Numbered from the stretch's first letter, positions 1 to 14,832 are shown. The stretch is 64,000 bases of DNA from Tubulanus polymorphus (GCF_964204645.1 NC_134029.1:5704001-5768000); one strand, 5' to 3'. Numbers and translations are program-made. Notes: generated by a model from the letters alone, not told the origin.

Positions 1-67
1 AGCAAAAATTCATAATTGCAGAACTGGGTTCCGAATAGATGGAGGTTCGTAATTTACGTACATGTAC

Positions 68-3000
68 CTTTTCTTCTGTGTCGGAGTTTTGCGCCGAATC
101 GCCATCCACAACGCCATCTATTGACTGAGTTCGATCGAGTACGGGATGTGACGGTAAACTGAGTGGATCGACGAGCACGTCGTAAGGAACCATAGGATGC
201 TGGAACGTCGACGGATCGAAAACATCCCACGGATCTGGCTGACCGAAAGTACCTAAAATAATAGCAGAATAGCTTCCGGTTTACAATATGAAGAATGATA
301 ATTTCATGTTTTTCAAAGTAAAGAAAATATACAAGTTGATTTAATCAGTAATAACAAGTACCTATGTAGTCGCCATCGAATGTCCATAGACGAACTGTAC
401 AATCTAACGATGCAGTGATTATCATTTTATGGTCTTCCACCAGATCTAAAGCGGTTACGCTGTCAATATGACCTCGCCACATTATCAACACTACAAATAT
501 ATGAGCAACATTTCAAGCGGACTGTACACCGCACCATTATTTTGAATCGGCCTATGTGCACCTTCCAGCATCCTCCAGTTGAACCTCCGATATTGAATCA
601 ATATTCCGAGCTAAGACCCAAATGAAAATTGGTATCAATTTCAGAGTGGATATGATGAACTACCGGCTGTTAAAAGCTGATTCTCTGGTGCCATGTAGTG
701 ATATAATACTAATACTAATAGGTAGTACTCACATTCAGGTGGTTCAATAGTCGGGCCGTTCGTTGCGTAGCCTTCTATTTTCCAAACGTAAATAAAGCCC
801 ATACTGTCAGCGGTGTACAATGTCTTATCATTTCGATCGACCTCCATAGTAGTAACCATAACACCGGGTCGATGCGACTACAAAATAACGAATACAAATG
901 GATTAACGAAAACCTGAAAACTTTGTGGGTAGTTTGTTCAACTGTTGAACCAATTTTTGACGAGGCTTGAAATGTTTTGCCGCTGAATGTAACGTAAGGT
1001 ACTTACACCGGGAAATTGAGCCATCAGTTTACCGCCGTTGTATACACCCCAGAAATGAATGTGTCCTCGCGGTCCACTTGATATCAGAGAACCGGCGTCT
1101 TTATTATACGAACGCGATTTCAGGAACAGTAATTTATTCACGCTTAGATCTCCATCCACTGAAAAAGCAGTTTTCGAGAAAATACGGGTGAGAACCTTCA
1201 CGAAATAAATTTATCGAATAAATAAATCGATTTATTTAAAAACTTACAGGATTCGTGTTCGTAGTTTCGAGGTTCCGGTGCATGAAGGTGACAGAATATG
1301 TGACCGGATATTAGATTCCAAACGATCACTTCACCGTCGTAACTCGACGTCGCCAGAAACGATGGCGAACTCACCGCAACTGACAGTATATCTTCTTTAT
1401 GTCCATTAGCCTGAAACATGAAGCAACCGCAGTGAAACGAACATTTCATCAACAGATGAGAAGACCTCTCTACACAATGTTGTATTGGCATCTTCAGTTG
1501 CGACTGAACCAATCAAAGGTCAATTTCCATCTAAACCAATCTGATAAATGAACACTTGTCTTAGGTTTAGAGCCACTTTCTAAATGGCGGATCAAAGTCC
1601 CAGTGACTTGTAGAAAATTATTTAACTGGGTTATTGCAGATCAACGGAACGTCATGACAAACCACAGGGATTTGAGAAGTTGCCATTACAAACATCGAAT
1701 TTCTTCCAAAGATTTGGGTAAAAATCTTGTGTTCGTTGCATCTGATATGCAAGTTAATACCGAAAGTTATTGACCTACTTACAATGTCGTCTGCCCAGTT
1801 TGGTAATGGATGACTGATGTGATGAACTCCCTCTGAATTATCAGTGTACATATTTATTCTTCTATCCCAACCGACTGCTATCACATATCTACAGTAAATT
1901 TTACAGTAAAATAAACAGAACTGCTATCAAGCTATAATGTCATGCAAGCATGACTAAGGTACTTCAAAATTGCCTTTTTTTCTTATTCCATTTGAGGCCA
2001 AACATACTGCAGTTTTAAAATGTCCTAAAATTTTGAACCCCACTCCTTTCCTGCATTGTGTTTACAGGAGAAAGTGGTTTTATTCTAGAACCCCTCCCCT
2101 CCGAACTGTATATATAAAAGTAGATGATCCCCGCAATGCTTTTTGTCTGTACCTGTTTCGATTCATCTCGACGTAACACACAGAACAGATCTCTTCATTG
2201 TCAGCTTCTGAAATCAATATCAGAATGATCTTATTAGTAAGAGGGTCACTTCAGGAAATGATAGGATCGTACTGCCTTATTGTCGTAGTAATTGTACCTT
2301 TTTGCATCGTTCTCAAACAATGTCCATTATTGTAGTTCCAAATACGTAAACAGCCATCTCTACCTCCTGTTATGAGTCTACGTAGAAAATACAGTCGACA
2401 TTAAAAAATTAAACCATTTTCTCTGCATATTAACCGCAGTTTCATCAAATTTAGAAACTGTAAATTGAGTTTCAATATGAAAAGTACCTTCTATCGGTAT
2501 TATCGAATGAGACGCAAGTAATAGCACTCTCGCCGTGCGCCTCGTTGAATTCAAATATCAAATTTCCCGATTCAAAGTCCCATATTTTGACAACCTGTCA
2601 GTTGAAACATATCAAAAATATCAAACATCGGAATAACAAGCGTCCGTGAAAACTCAATTGTTAACTAACATTGATAATGGTTAATGAATTATTCAAATAA
2701 CTTACAGAACCATCAGAACATGTTATCAGCTGTTTGAATGAAGGGTTGTACTTAATACAATGAATTGCCTCTTTATGCGTGACCGGAATTTCAGCACTAA
2801 AGTGCGGCCTGAAAAAACGGAACGTTTCTTTTTTAAAAATAAGCAGTCTAAGCCGATGTCGGAAGATGGCAGAGTGTTTGTTCGCTTACTTGACAACTTG
2901 GCTAATCATCGCCATCTGATCAGTAGCAACGACGAGGCCTCGGTTGAATATCGAATAAAAACACGTCTGCAAATCGCCGCGAATCTTGTGACCTTTCGGA

Positions 3001-6000
3001 CGAATCGTGTGAATACAATTATGATCTTGGATATCCCAAACCTACAACAAAACAATCATTAGATATTCATTCCTCAAACCACCGAGCACCACTCAGGTCA
3101 TTGATAGCAGGTTAAAGGTTTCATTTTCAGAAGAAGCATCAACAAAACTTCATTTGGGATTTGGAAACCTCATTTGATCAGGGGTCAGTCGCTTCAAAGT
3201 TTGTTTAAAGTTAGGCATCATCATGGTTATCATGCAGTTTGATTGTCACTTTTTCACCTATCCACTCTAAACAACTTTTGAGCAACCAACCCCCAGATCA
3301 ATAGCCGCTGCACCTCCTCTCCTATTTATGGATTAATCTCCAGTCTTACCTTGACACATTTATCTGTTGAGACACTATAAATCCTATTTTCTTCCTCTGA
3401 GATACGCAAATAAGAAATGGGAGCGCTGTGTCCTCGTATAGTGGCAGTTGGTTTTCTGATTAAAGCAAAAATATTGTTTTTAAGTTATGCTTAATTTCTG
3501 AAAAGTTCAACGATTGAGTGATCAAAAACAATTCACATGAAACATCAAAACTAAACAGGTATTTGTTTGATGGCTTTATGTCGTTCAGATCTTGGTTTCC
3601 CAAGACTAACCGTATTGGATTATTCATTTAACCTCATGATGGGACGGCCTTTGAAGTGTTGCCCGCACACTGTAAGCAGCCAGCAGGACTCAAACCTGCT
3701 TATCAATCAGCACTGATAGTGGTTGCAACAGCATCTCACTGAGCGACCGAGGCCACTGTAGTTGAATAGGTAATTTCTAGTGGTTACTTACCCTGAAACG
3801 TAAGGATTCCAAATTCTGAGTATTCTGTCCATTCCTAAATACAAAAAAGGGAAAAACATTACTTAATGATTGGTAAATGAGGAAATTAACATAAGTGGGC
3901 ATCAGTTTCAGTTGTGGTATTGTACTTATTGGAAACATGAAGCGAAACCAGAAATTTCAGTTAAACTTTGTCATGAGATGAAACCCAGATAAAAAGATCA
4001 TTTGTCGCCTACCTCCAGTAACAATAACATTTTTCGATTTCGAGAAATCGAACGTTTTGACGCCCTTGTAAATTTTGAAAACGGTCTGATCGGCTTTCAG
4101 TCGATGTTTCGCCTCTTTCCACGAGTAACTGATTTTCTGTTTCGGTTTTTCGTGGTTCGTATTTTGGTCTTTCATCTGTTGTTCAATCTGCGTACTGCCT
4201 TGGGTGTAACCTGCAACAAATATACAGTGAGAATGCTGTAGAAAAAATACATAAGCAACGAGTTGATCAGCGAGTCTATTGCCAACCTCTGAAATTCTAA
4301 CTCAGGGATAAAAAACCTGAAACCTTTTACTGACACAGTGATCAAATGCTGCAAAAAGAAAAGCTAATTTATCAGGGATGTTTTAAGGACATAAGCGAGG
4401 GGCTGATCTATGAAAATTAAAAGGTCGGAGTCCATAATAAAAGAAATAAAAGAAGAGGGTTCCATGTGTTTCCGCCTTCAGTTTTAGACATTTTTGAAGA
4501 AATATATCCAAAAGGTTGCAATTTCCGAGAGGACGAGCGTCAAACATACGTGTTTTAATGATCTCTGTCTTAACAAAAAGGGCAACGGTCCAGACTCCCG
4601 AGACCACCGCCTAAATCCACCCCTGATAAGTTCACTTAACATAAGATAATATCCTTAATCCTTGCTAGAAAGGATATTATCTGTGTCCCTAACAAGCGCT
4701 CACCTATAACTAGAGCAGTTCCCGAGTGATTGGAGCACGATATCACTTGTCTGATAGAGTTGTAGTATTTCACCTCCTGTACCCAATCATCGTGTACTTT
4801 CCATCGGATGAATTTACAGCTCGGACTGTTCGCGACGACTTCGATTCCGACGCTCGCTATTCCTTCGGTTTTTGGCATCTTTTTCCAAGTTCTGATCGTC
4901 AAATAGAACGAAATGAAGGCTTTGATTAAAACATCACAGATGATTCCATATAGGGAGCTAAGTGACACAATGTACATAAAGTGAAACGTACCTAAGGCAT
5001 TCTCCGGCATTGTTGATAACTAGTATATTGATACATCCCATACTGTCTCCATACAGTATCATACACTCATCATGACCCGTAGAACTAGAATGAAGTATTA
5101 TATGAATACGCACGTCTTCGAAACAGGTAACTATTTACACATATTAGTGGACACAGTGTTGATATCAATACATACCAGTAATCCAACTTTAACGGAACGG
5201 TTTCAAAACCACTAATTTGACAGTACGGCTCGAATGAAGACAATTCGAAAAACTGAATTTCTCGATCCCTGAAAATCGCAGAGATGCATTATCTATCAAT
5301 AAATCTGAACAAACTGTAAAGCGTTTTTTTAAGATGGGATAAAACAGCACAGATTCATGACTCTTCCGAGTGGCATAAAATGAACTGAGAAAGTACCGGT
5401 ATGGGTTTCATGAGTAAAAAGTTTTACCGTTTCAATTCATCAACCCTTTATGCTTCATCGATGTGATTTCAGATTCATTGAAAGGAATGAATGTCAAGAG
5501 AGCTGAAGTATAAATGATGAAAGTAATGTTTCACTTACCCAGTAGCTACAATGAATTTATTGTAGTGGGGCATTATTACAAAATCTGTAATCCATTTTTG
5601 TTTTTGTCTTGTAGATTGCTCAACAGTCTGAAGAAAAGATTTAAAAAGATGAAGTTGAACCTCAGTAACATCAATAAGAAACAATAGAAGTAGAAACGGG
5701 TGTAGAATTTTTCAACTATTTACATACCACAACTGTTCTTTGACGTTTCAGGTCCAATGATCCGGACCAAAAAGATACTAATCCATCCTAAAAAAATTTT
5801 TTTTTAAAACAGAAAGAAATTTATTGGAGGCCGTGAATTTCAAAAAATGATTGTACTAATCTGCAAAACATTCTTATTAATCCTACGCTTAAAATGAAAA
5901 AATAAAGACCGACGAAATTACTTGAACTAGTTTGAGCAAGTTATCTTGAGGAATACTTATGTTGTTACGAAATCATGAGATTTATTTACAAAATCCAAAA

Positions 6001-7239
6001 AAAGAGACTTATCAAGCAATAAGATGTGAAGATGTGATACAAACTAGAGGTATAATGTGCCCAGCATCAAATCAGCTAGAAACCAAAAAATTTATAGCAG
6101 AGCAAATATATTTGACTTAACTTACCTTACTACAGGCGATAACGTGTCCATCAGCAGTATCGCTGATGCGAAGAACTTGTTCTCTGTGGGGCATATTTTC
6201 AATCTTCGCCGGCCGATGGAAGCATACCTCCTTCGCGCGCAGGTACGAATCTTCTTTCTCGGCGTATTCCAACTGCATGTACGTACAGAATTCATCCCAT
6301 GTAATGAGACCTTCCGACGACCAGTCAATCTTTTGAAACAAGGCATCGATCTGTTGAACCTGCCATAAATAATAAATTTTCTATAATCATTTTTGGTAAT
6401 GGAGTACCCGTATCTAGGCTTAAACCTATGTTTTTTTATATCTGAGTTGGGATTATAGGGCATTAATGAATCTTACATACATTTTCAAAGCCAACAAGAT
6501 TTAATCTTTTTTAAATCCTACAATAAACTATACAATTTTCATAATTTTCTTAATTTGCCAATGCTTACTGGGTAATCAACATTTTCAATGGGCACTGAAT
6601 AATGAATATTTGTTCTGAACTTAGATCAGGGTAAATTAAGCCAATAAAATTTATCTTTATCGATACTTAAATCAAATTTATTCTTATGATAAATATTATC
6701 GTTACTACTTAGATTAGATCACCTTCACCTCTTAGAGTAAAGCATAATTTGAGGATAACATATTCATTCCAAAAAATTCATTTTTCTATTCATCAATGTT
6801 TACGGTAATTAGGACCGCAGATTAATGTTATGCTTTGTAAAACATTTTGATTCTCAGTTTAAGCTCATAATTGATTGCAAGCCATATATCTCACCAGTAT
6901 TCTATTTTTGCGAGTCTTTGAAAATGAAATATATTTCAAATTAATTCATCAAATCAAGTAAATACACCGTATCGGGGCCAGTATAAGAATATAGGGCCTA
7001 GATACAATCAGGACAAGGGTTGAATGAAAAACAGTGAAAAAGATTCCACATGTTCATGACTGCAAATGAATCTAAAATTATATGCGAAATGTTTTTACCT
7101 TCGATCCAGTAATGTGAAGTTTAGCCTTGAGTAACTCCTTGAATTGTACGAGATCGAGTTTGCCTTCACTTCCATAGCTAGCTGTTTCGAATGCCTTTTT
7201 CAGATCTTCTAACGTTTCGATGTTTATTTTCTCTTCAAG
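68..7239 (-). CDS. EF-hand + WD40-repeat protein (WDR49/CFAP337-WDY-EFCAB8 family), constant exons; gene continues beyond the left edge
   Basis: Over 20 GT-AG exons, e.g. 7239-7099 (LEEKINIETLEDLKKAFETAS...KLDLVQFKELL), 6359-6126 (IDALFQKIDWSSEGLITWDEFCTYMQL, EF-hand), 5787-5728, then WD40 repeats (HDDWVQEVKYY, GHKEDILSVAVSSPSFLATSSYDGEVIVWN, LYTADSMGFIYVW) and a GTFGQPDPWD motif in exon 252-68. Exact paralogue cannot be fixed without a tree. Confidence 0.85.
3179..3296. mobile_element. Harbinger-like MITE
   Basis: ggggtcagtcgcttcaaagtttgttta...taaacaacttttgagcaaccaacccc inverted ends. Confidence 0.5.
3640..3760 (-). mobile_element. tRNA-derived SINE-like head
   Basis: TCGCTCAGTGAG A-box-like motif and GCAGGTTTGAGTCCTGC T-arm. 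Confidence 0.35.
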
Positions 7240-8269
7240 CTGAAGCAAGAAACGTTAATCAGTTTATTTTCGACAAAAGGGAGACAAATATTTTTCTTAC
7301 AGTGAGGATCCCTAAGTGACCCACTATTCTATCAAATAAGGGACAATTGCTTCTTCACATAAATCGTGATTACTCTGTACTTCCACATTTACTAATCAAA
7401 ATGATTGTCCATGATTTTTTGCTAGAATGTGTTAGTTTACTGACATTTTCAGCGTCAAGAAGGCACAAGACAGAATCACGAACTTCCGTATTCATTAAAC
7501 AGGTCAATAAACTAGTAAATCACAATGTGAATTATTTGTGAAACATACAACTGGCACCAGATTGTTTAATATTCACCTGGTCATAAACTCATTAAATATT
7601 CATTAACGGGCAAACCCTGTTTAGAACCAGACTGCGACCCATTCGATATTTAATTAATTCAAACAACACCTCTACTAGACATTCATCGAGCCGCCTGAGC
7701 GTCAAAGTCGGTAAAATGTGCGATTCACGCCACATTTAATAAACACAACTGCCTTACAGAATCATAGCATGTGCGGCAATAAACCGCAGGAAACTAGAAA
7801 ATTCACCATCAAAGATAGAAGTTAGATGAAAGCATAGAGAAAATGGCCGGGGCAAAAATTATTTCGAAATTGGTAAATAGGGCGGAGAGGTGAATAATAA
7901 TCTATAACACATTGATCGGAGATAGCTTTGATATTTAAGAATGCCACAGATTAGAAGAGTATCGTTTGAAATATTCATTAAAAGAAACCATGATTAAGAA
8001 ATGGTCTTAAGATCATCTTAGAAATAACTAAATGATTTAAGTAATTTAGGCACAGCTCTAGTAAAGTTGAAGTAACAAGGAAGGAAATGGGGCCTTCATA
8101 AAAATAAAGACACCATCATACTACAGGGATAACAGCATTATAAGGGGGACTGGGTGGTGTGATTTTCAAGAAAGCTGCTCCTGGCAAATGCTACATGAAG
8201 TCTAAAATGAATTTCCTAAATATTCAAAACCCGTAACTATCATTACGAAGTTCCTGAGATTTTTCTGAT

Positions 8270-8506
8270 TTGCCAGTATTTGGCCTGGGCCAAACTTGTT
8301 CGGAACAGGCCCGAGTCAAATTTGGCCCGCGCCTACTCAGCAAAGCACTCACTCGATACTAAACAATGGCTAAACAAAGCGAAGTGAGTTGCAATTCGCG
8401 CGCAATGATTTGACCTGTACTAAAATTTGGCTTGGGCCAGGTCCAAGGTTTTTGGTCGGGTCAAACAGGCACGGGCCCATCTAGCACCCGTGATGCGATC
8501 GCAGCT
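8270..8506. mobile_element. Dispersed repeat with CACGGGTGCC end; copies at 50425-50580 and 51796-52040
   Basis: Shared aaatttggcccg, ctcgatactaaaca and gcacccgtg motifs; 51796-52040 is the reverse complement. Confidence 0.6.
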
Positions 8507-8547
8507 ATAACCAGCGGTTTTTCCTAATTTGTTTCTTATCACATTAC

Positions 8548-9534
8548 CTCATTCGTAATCATACTACAGTGGCTCGGTATGACCGGTAGCAGACGCATGT
8601 CCGGTCTGATTGAACAATCGATTTCGGGCACGAGTTCGTACATCGGAGTCGTCCCGAATTTAGCCGTCGACACGGGAAGCGGTTCTAAATTCGGCGGATA
8701 TAGAATATCGCGATCGGTTATATCGCTTCCGAAAACTCGTATGTCTTCGACTATCTCGACCGGTCGAATATTTATCATAAACGGAACGTTTTCGATTTTC
8801 GGTAGTTTCTCGTCGGGTTTTGATTCGGCTGCTAGTAACGCGCCGCGGCTGCTCGATTTACCGCGCGAGGACGATCCGCTAACCGTCGACGATCGCGAGG
8901 ACGATCTATGCGATTGTTGCGATTTTATTCCGTTTGTTCCGACGTCCGGATACGGGGAATTCGAGCGGGATTTAGACGGTTTGGACGTCAAAAGATGATT
9001 TGCGTCGGAAAATGAAGAACTGGTTCTATGTTCACCGGTTCGTTTTAGAGCCAACTCCGAAGGCGTTCTATTCCTTAGCTCCGGAGTCCTGTTCATCGGT
9101 TCTAAGCTTTTCTTTCTTAATTCTGGAGCGTTCTTCGCAGATTCCGGAGTAACGTTCCTCGATTCCAGCGACGATTTATTCCTCGGAGTTTTGATCATCG
9201 ATCCTGGAGTTTCAGTCCTCGAATCCTGAGTCTTCAGTCTCATTTCTGGAGGAGTTTTACTTCGCGACTCCGGAGTCGAAACCGTCATTTCCGATGCCTG
9301 AACTCCATCACCAGAATTAGAAATATTACCGTCAGTTCGGCCGCTTCTACGTTTTTTTCCGGATGATGCTTTCACCTCCGTATCCAGACCAAACGAGTCA
9401 CGGCTTCGGCTCTGAATATTCGAGTTGGAAATCTTCGTACCGATGACGAGCGGGATTTGTTTCGCGGTTAAACTCGCATCCGAAGCGGTTAAATAAGGAT
9501 TCAGCGATACAGCCGTTTCAGGTGTAGCCGTCAT
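8548..9534 (-). CDS. Candidate alternative first exon V1 of the WD40 gene (329 aa, S/R/P/T-rich, TPE-like repeats)
   Basis: ATG at 9534 with an in-frame stop just upstream; open for 987 nt to AAT GAG|gtaatg, a phase-0 donor matching the phase-0 acceptor at 7239. Confidence 0.7.
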
Positions 9535-9751
9535 ACTGTAAATTCACTCGCTACAAACTTCGCATAAATCAGCGGCGAACCAGCATTGATTTCATGCTGC
9601 ATACACTGAATTCCAGAACGAATAGAGCTCGTTGTTAAGTGTATACACGATTTGACGAGATTTTAATTACAGATACGAATGAAACCCGAATACAAATTAC
9701 TTTCGCTCACTCTTCAAATATTCATCGATTTTCCGTAATTTAATACAATAG

Positions 9752-9800
9752 TACTTCCGGTCCTATATAGCGTATATACGCGGTATTCTACGTGGCAACC
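9752..9800. promoter_or_regulatory. Possible internal promoter for V1: ETS site (acttccgg) and degenerate RFX X-box (ttctacgtggcaac)
   Basis: Motifs lie about 220-265 nt upstream of the V1 ATG; RFX regulates ciliary genes. Confidence 0.3.
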
Positions 9801-10823
9801 AGACCGGTTTCATCATGTATAATTCAGACGAAGAATACATTTGGAAAACCGAAAAAACATAATCGCGACGCAATAAAATGTATAATAAAGCCTTTTCTAA
9901 AACCGTTTTTTAAATCCACTTTGCAAATTTAAAAATTTCTTCAAAAAATATAATTCAGTTTCACCAATGTAATGGCTACAAACACTGTGTCCATATTATC
10001 ATAAAATTCCAAATGTAGATGCGCCTTGTCATAATCTATTTCCTTAGAATATCCACAACTATTTTCCAGCTTCGCAGCTGTATCAGGCTAGCTTAATCCA
10101 GTGGTGATTAATGATGGCAAAATGTAGTTCAGAGCAGGTAAAAAGTCACCGATCACAAATCTCGTAGCTTTTCTATAACCAGTTAAAATTTCAGTATCTC
10201 CATATAATGCACATCACTAACGACTGCCTAGTAATGAATAACTGTCGGGAAACCTTCACGGTGTCACAATCAACTGCAGAGTCCGGTGTTTAGTTTATCA
10301 CGCTCAGCTTACAGTTTTAATTCACGGTCTCTAATGTCCTGTTTGCGTATTGATTGTTCTGGCAGGTTGTTGCCACTCAGCCGCACTTTCAATTTTATAA
10401 ACCTGAATCGAGCTTTCAATTTTCTGCACGCGATATTTTTTGCCCATAATTTATAAGCGCCTGCATTTCGAGGTGTTGGTCTTTCGATAAAACGGGAAAG
10501 TTATTCGTCTCTAGTCTAACTTCCGAGTAACTCAAGGTCCAACTGACCTTCAGTTAAGGTCCTTGTAGCTAAGAACCACCTTGTTTTTCACAGATTTGAT
10601 GAATGCCATTAGTTGCTACAACAGTTATTGTTATGACACGTATATCAAAACAAAATCGAATGCTTCGAATAAGGGGTAATGTCTGACTTCTAAATTCTTC
10701 GAAATTATGTTATCACATTAAATTCCTGTTTCAAAAACTTCCTTCTTGATTATGCATACGCAGACTTATCACAAATGAGTTGAAAATGAAAACTATTGCC
10801 GTTCGACTGCTGTCTTAAAGGCT

Positions 10824-10828
<5 letters not shown>

Positions 10829-10862
<34 letters not shown>
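10829..10862. repeat. (TA)n microsatellite
   Basis: About 17 perfect AT units. Confidence 0.9.
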
Positions 10863-10865
<3 letters not shown>

Positions 10866-11160
10866 CTAGTCACCAGATTGTGAATGACAAATTAAGCCTG
10901 CACAACCTTTCAATCAAAATTCCGAAATTGAAGAAATCTAATCCGTGATATGTTAATCCATTTATGGCTTAGAGAATAAGGAATTCCTCTCAACTAGCGC
11001 AAATTGTTATAATATACCGTTCAATAAAGCCCAAACAGGTCCTAACACTCTCATGAAATTCATCATCAACATCACTTGAAATATACGGGATTGAAGTCGA
11101 GCTAATTATGATGAAAAAATTGCGTGTAAGTTTACATCGATGATTTCTATTGAAATGAAA

Positions 11161-11334
11161 GACAGACCGTACTTTGAAGGTTAACTAGATTTATTTGAAG
11201 TAGGAGCTTTCGCTACTAGTGCGCAGTAGCTTGATCTGGTGTTTCACTCTACAAGATGAAGCGACTATACACTAGTAGCAAAAGCTTGTACTTCAAATAA
11301 ATCCAGTTTACCTTATAAGTAAAATCGGTCCGTC
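11161..11334. mobile_element. Inverted pair of Penelope-like termini with decayed hammerhead cores (family A)
   Basis: Long palindrome; arms read (c)agatgaagc.act...agtagc(g)aaagct.gtacttcaaataaatc, matching 41654-41818 and 43141-43220. Confidence 0.6.
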
Positions 11335-11704
11335 TGATTTTACAGATTCCACACCGGGTTTTAACACAGCTCGTCTAAAACTCTATGCAAATAAAGAACC
11401 AGATTTAGGTTAAGCTTAATAGTCAAAATTTGTTCAATTTCCATTGTTTTGAGTTGACTCTACCGCAGTCAAACAGCTCCAGACTAATAGTTATCTCCAT
11501 GTGAACTGACTCTAAAATGCCCTCGATGAGTCCGCGGTGAAACCAATGCAACGAACATCAAATAGAATATTCTATTTCGTTGACCTGGGGGCAAATGATT
11601 AATACAATGAAATCAACATCGATTATAAAGCTGATCAATATATAATAGGACGATAAATCCGTGAACTCAGAGATAAAACTCTAATCAATAATTTATGTAC
11701 TTAC

Positions 11705-11767
11705 TACAGGACACAGACATTCCAAAAAAGTCAGGCTATTCCAACGATAAAAGCCAACATCGTCCAT
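11705..11767 (-). CDS. Candidate alternative first exon V2 (MDDVGFYRWNSLTFLECLCPV)
   Basis: attATGG start, 21 open codons, GTA|gtaagt phase-0 donor. Confidence 0.45.
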
Positions 11768-12755
11768 AATGTAATAATTCTGTATCGTTATTTAAAACCA
11801 GTATTGCCAATTTGTCTCATATCAGCTCAAGAAAGTAACTATCTTTAAACCGTGACCGGGATATAAAGACTATGATCGTACAAATAGACTTGTCACCGAG
11901 ATGTTTACATTATGTTCATTTACACACGGCAAATATATCCGTATTAACGACGAAGTTAAGCCCCGTACGTCGTTTGAGGTAAAACGGGTTTGCCTCACGT
12001 CAAACAAGAGCAGCCTCGTAATCCCATCAAATGAAGATTTGTGGGTCTTTTAAACGCGTATTTCCTTGCGAAAAAATGTTCGCGTTAAACCGATCGAGTT
12101 TCGCATAAAGGTTTTTCGAGGAAATAATCTATTAAAACGACATTGAATTACCTGATTATATCTCTACACATTACTAGGGCTCTTATCAGGACAAAAATGC
12201 CAATCAACTGACTGACACTTGTGAGGTTAGCAAAGTAGAACTACTTCAATACGAACTCACTCGAATCTTATCGGATTAATAATCAATTATGCCACAATTA
12301 TTGAACTGGATGTTGACAAAATAGACCATTAATGGCTGTCTACGTTCATGTCCTAACTATTTTTGCAAAAAGATTGCATTCGAACTGTTGCCAAAACAGA
12401 AACTGAGGACATTCTAGTTGTTAAGCAAATCTATGGAAGTTAGTGACACCTTTATGACAAGCACAACTCTTTGGTTTTGTGAGGAACAGTCGAATATACA
12501 TTTGCGTTAAAACTGAGCTGAAATTTTGAACTTATTTGTTGTTCTCCAGCAACAGCAAGCAGATTTAGATCCCTTATCAACGTATTAAACAAGCAAATAC
12601 CGTAAATAACTGATAGTTTACCAACATTTTTATACCGAAAAGAGGTCGCAATATTCGACGGATCGACAGAAAGCAAGCGAACTGAAGCAACTACATTTCA
12701 TCACGTCCATTTTTGATGTATAACGGATAAAATCTTTCCAATTCACAAAACGTAC

Positions 12756-12956
12756 CTGTTGATTTTTCAACTCTTGCAGACCCTCGATGAAATAGACGAC
12801 GTCGCGATAGACATTGACGATCATATTGAAAGGCAGCGATTTCGAGCGACTTTTTAAGTCGGCAATCGACTGCCGCCGCTGCTGCTGCTGCGATGAGCTG
12901 TCTACATCGCTCGCGTTCGACTGGACGCAAACGCTCAATGATCTAAACTTATTCAT
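12756..12956 (-). CDS. Candidate alternative first exon V3 (MNKFRSLS...QQQQRRQSIADL...LQELKNQQ)
   Basis: ATG at 12956, 67 open codons, CAG|gtacgt phase-0 donor; CpG-rich patch upstream. Confidence 0.6.
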
Positions 12957-14045
12957 CTCGATGTAGAAAATTGATTTCGACCCCGACGAAGAATCTTATC
13001 ACCGACCGAACAGAAACGGGTGAAAAATGGCGTTATCGATGTCCTTTTAACAAATTAACGTCCTGCTTCCCGCGCAGGTAAAGATTCATCCCACGGCTAC
13101 AAACTTTCAAATTGTAATAAACGAACGAACGAAAGAACCATCGATCAACGCAGTATGATTATCTATCGTTTAATGAACAAATGATTATCGTACGTTATTT
13201 ATTATATATCGCGTGACAGACTAAGACAACCGGCAACGTTTAGCAATTTATCATCTCTTCCTTTTCGTCGATGCGATCACCATGTCAACTAATATCGGCG
13301 TTGAAATTTTTTTCCTTACACATTCGCTCATCGATCATATTTTCTTCGTCGTCGGCCGCGAGAATTATAGTCACGATATCTGAAGAGAAATAATTGCATT
13401 TTCTTCTCAGCGTCGAACTCTGTAGTGTACTAATTGATTTCTATTCCACCGGCCGATCGATTATGAATCTATGAGGCGTCGAATCGTTGATGAGGTCGGC
13501 GGAAAGCGAAAAATAACTCGAGTTGTTGAATTTATTTCATTCCTCCAATACAGAAAGATCGCGTCAAAATCCTTCACCACTCAGTAATTCATTTATCCAA
13601 ATTTTCCATGATAAGAACTAAATGACCTTCCAGATTTGAAATGACGTAAATCTAAAACATCTTTTAGGCGCTGTAAAAAGTCATACACATGAAAATAACC
13701 ATCATCAGGAGGAATGGAGACATATCTACAGTTGACACAGAAGAACCACTCTTCCAAGCTGCACATATCCACTGGCATGATTTGAAAATTAATAAAATCT
13801 AGAGTGGCTAGCGAAGTCGTGTAAAAATGCCGGTTTGGTTAGAGCATGGACTGTAAAAGTCCATGATTAGAATCAACGGACCAGCTAATCTTAGGATAAA
13901 AATGTTGTAATGAAAGACAGGGCAATACGGCCTGGTAATTATACAGTATTATATGTAATCATATCTAAGAACCATGAGTAACTCAGATTACATGGCATTA
14001 ACAAATTAAACAGCTTGAAACGCAGTCAAACTATGGAAAACTTAC

Positions 14046-14189
14046 CCAGCCTTTGCGTTTGATAAATTCAGGCTTTGGAACTTCGATAGCTGGGGGGTCT
14101 GGGGGACCGAAATAGCGTTTCTTGAACAGACACTGATTTCCGTATATATCCAAAATTCGAAGCGGTACATTTCGTGCCGCGTTTGACAT
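14046..14189 (-). CDS. Candidate alternative first exon V4 (MSNAARNVPLRILDIYG...PKPEFIKRKGW)
   Basis: ATG at 14189, 48 open codons, TGG|gtaagt phase-0 donor. Confidence 0.55.
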
Positions 14190-14832
14190 ATCGAAGCTAA
14201 TTTCCAATGAGTAATCGAGAAAAAAGTGATAAAAGATGATCGTTTCATACGCGATAAACAGATTCAAAACATTTCGAAATATACAGTAAACCTTGAGGTA
14301 TTTGGTGAAGTCAAATAAGAAACATCATATTTTGTCTACGGATCAAGAGAAATGTTCAAAGTTTGAAATTATTTATTTTCAGCCATAATAACTTTTTCAG
14401 AGTAAAATATCTCGGGAAAAATATCAAAGAAAGATGAAAAAGACATAGATTTAATGAGCAAGTTCAAACATTCAGATGGTATTTTCTTGATACAACAATC
14501 ACATTTTATGTTCCCTTGAAGTTTATAGTACGAAGGGGATGACAAAGATTTTCATGCAAGGTTTACGGGAAATAGTTCATAGAAAAGTTTTAAATGTTTC
14601 AGCGTAGGGCTCAGTCTTGAAAAACCACTAAACACCTTCAATTTCGAAGTGGTAATTCAATAAGAACAAACAAAATCTTTTCACGCCAAAACCTTTTCGT
14701 TAAAAAGTTAACTCAATTAAGATTTAACTGATTGTGGTTATTGATTGAAAGAATTTAACCGAATAGCCTCTAATAAAAAACGTTTTGTCAGATTTTTCAT
14801 GAAACTGATCCCAGATCATCTTTTATATTCAC

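Noticed and set aside
4647-4682. ATATCCTTT resembling a U12 5' splice site
   Set aside because: A normal G|gtgagc donor at 4703 keeps the frame; the motif is one arm of a short inverted repeat.
12261-12329. Another ATG to phase-0 CGA|gtgagt candidate first exon for the WD40 gene
   Set aside because: In-frame TAA at codon 18; at best a decayed or non-coding exon.
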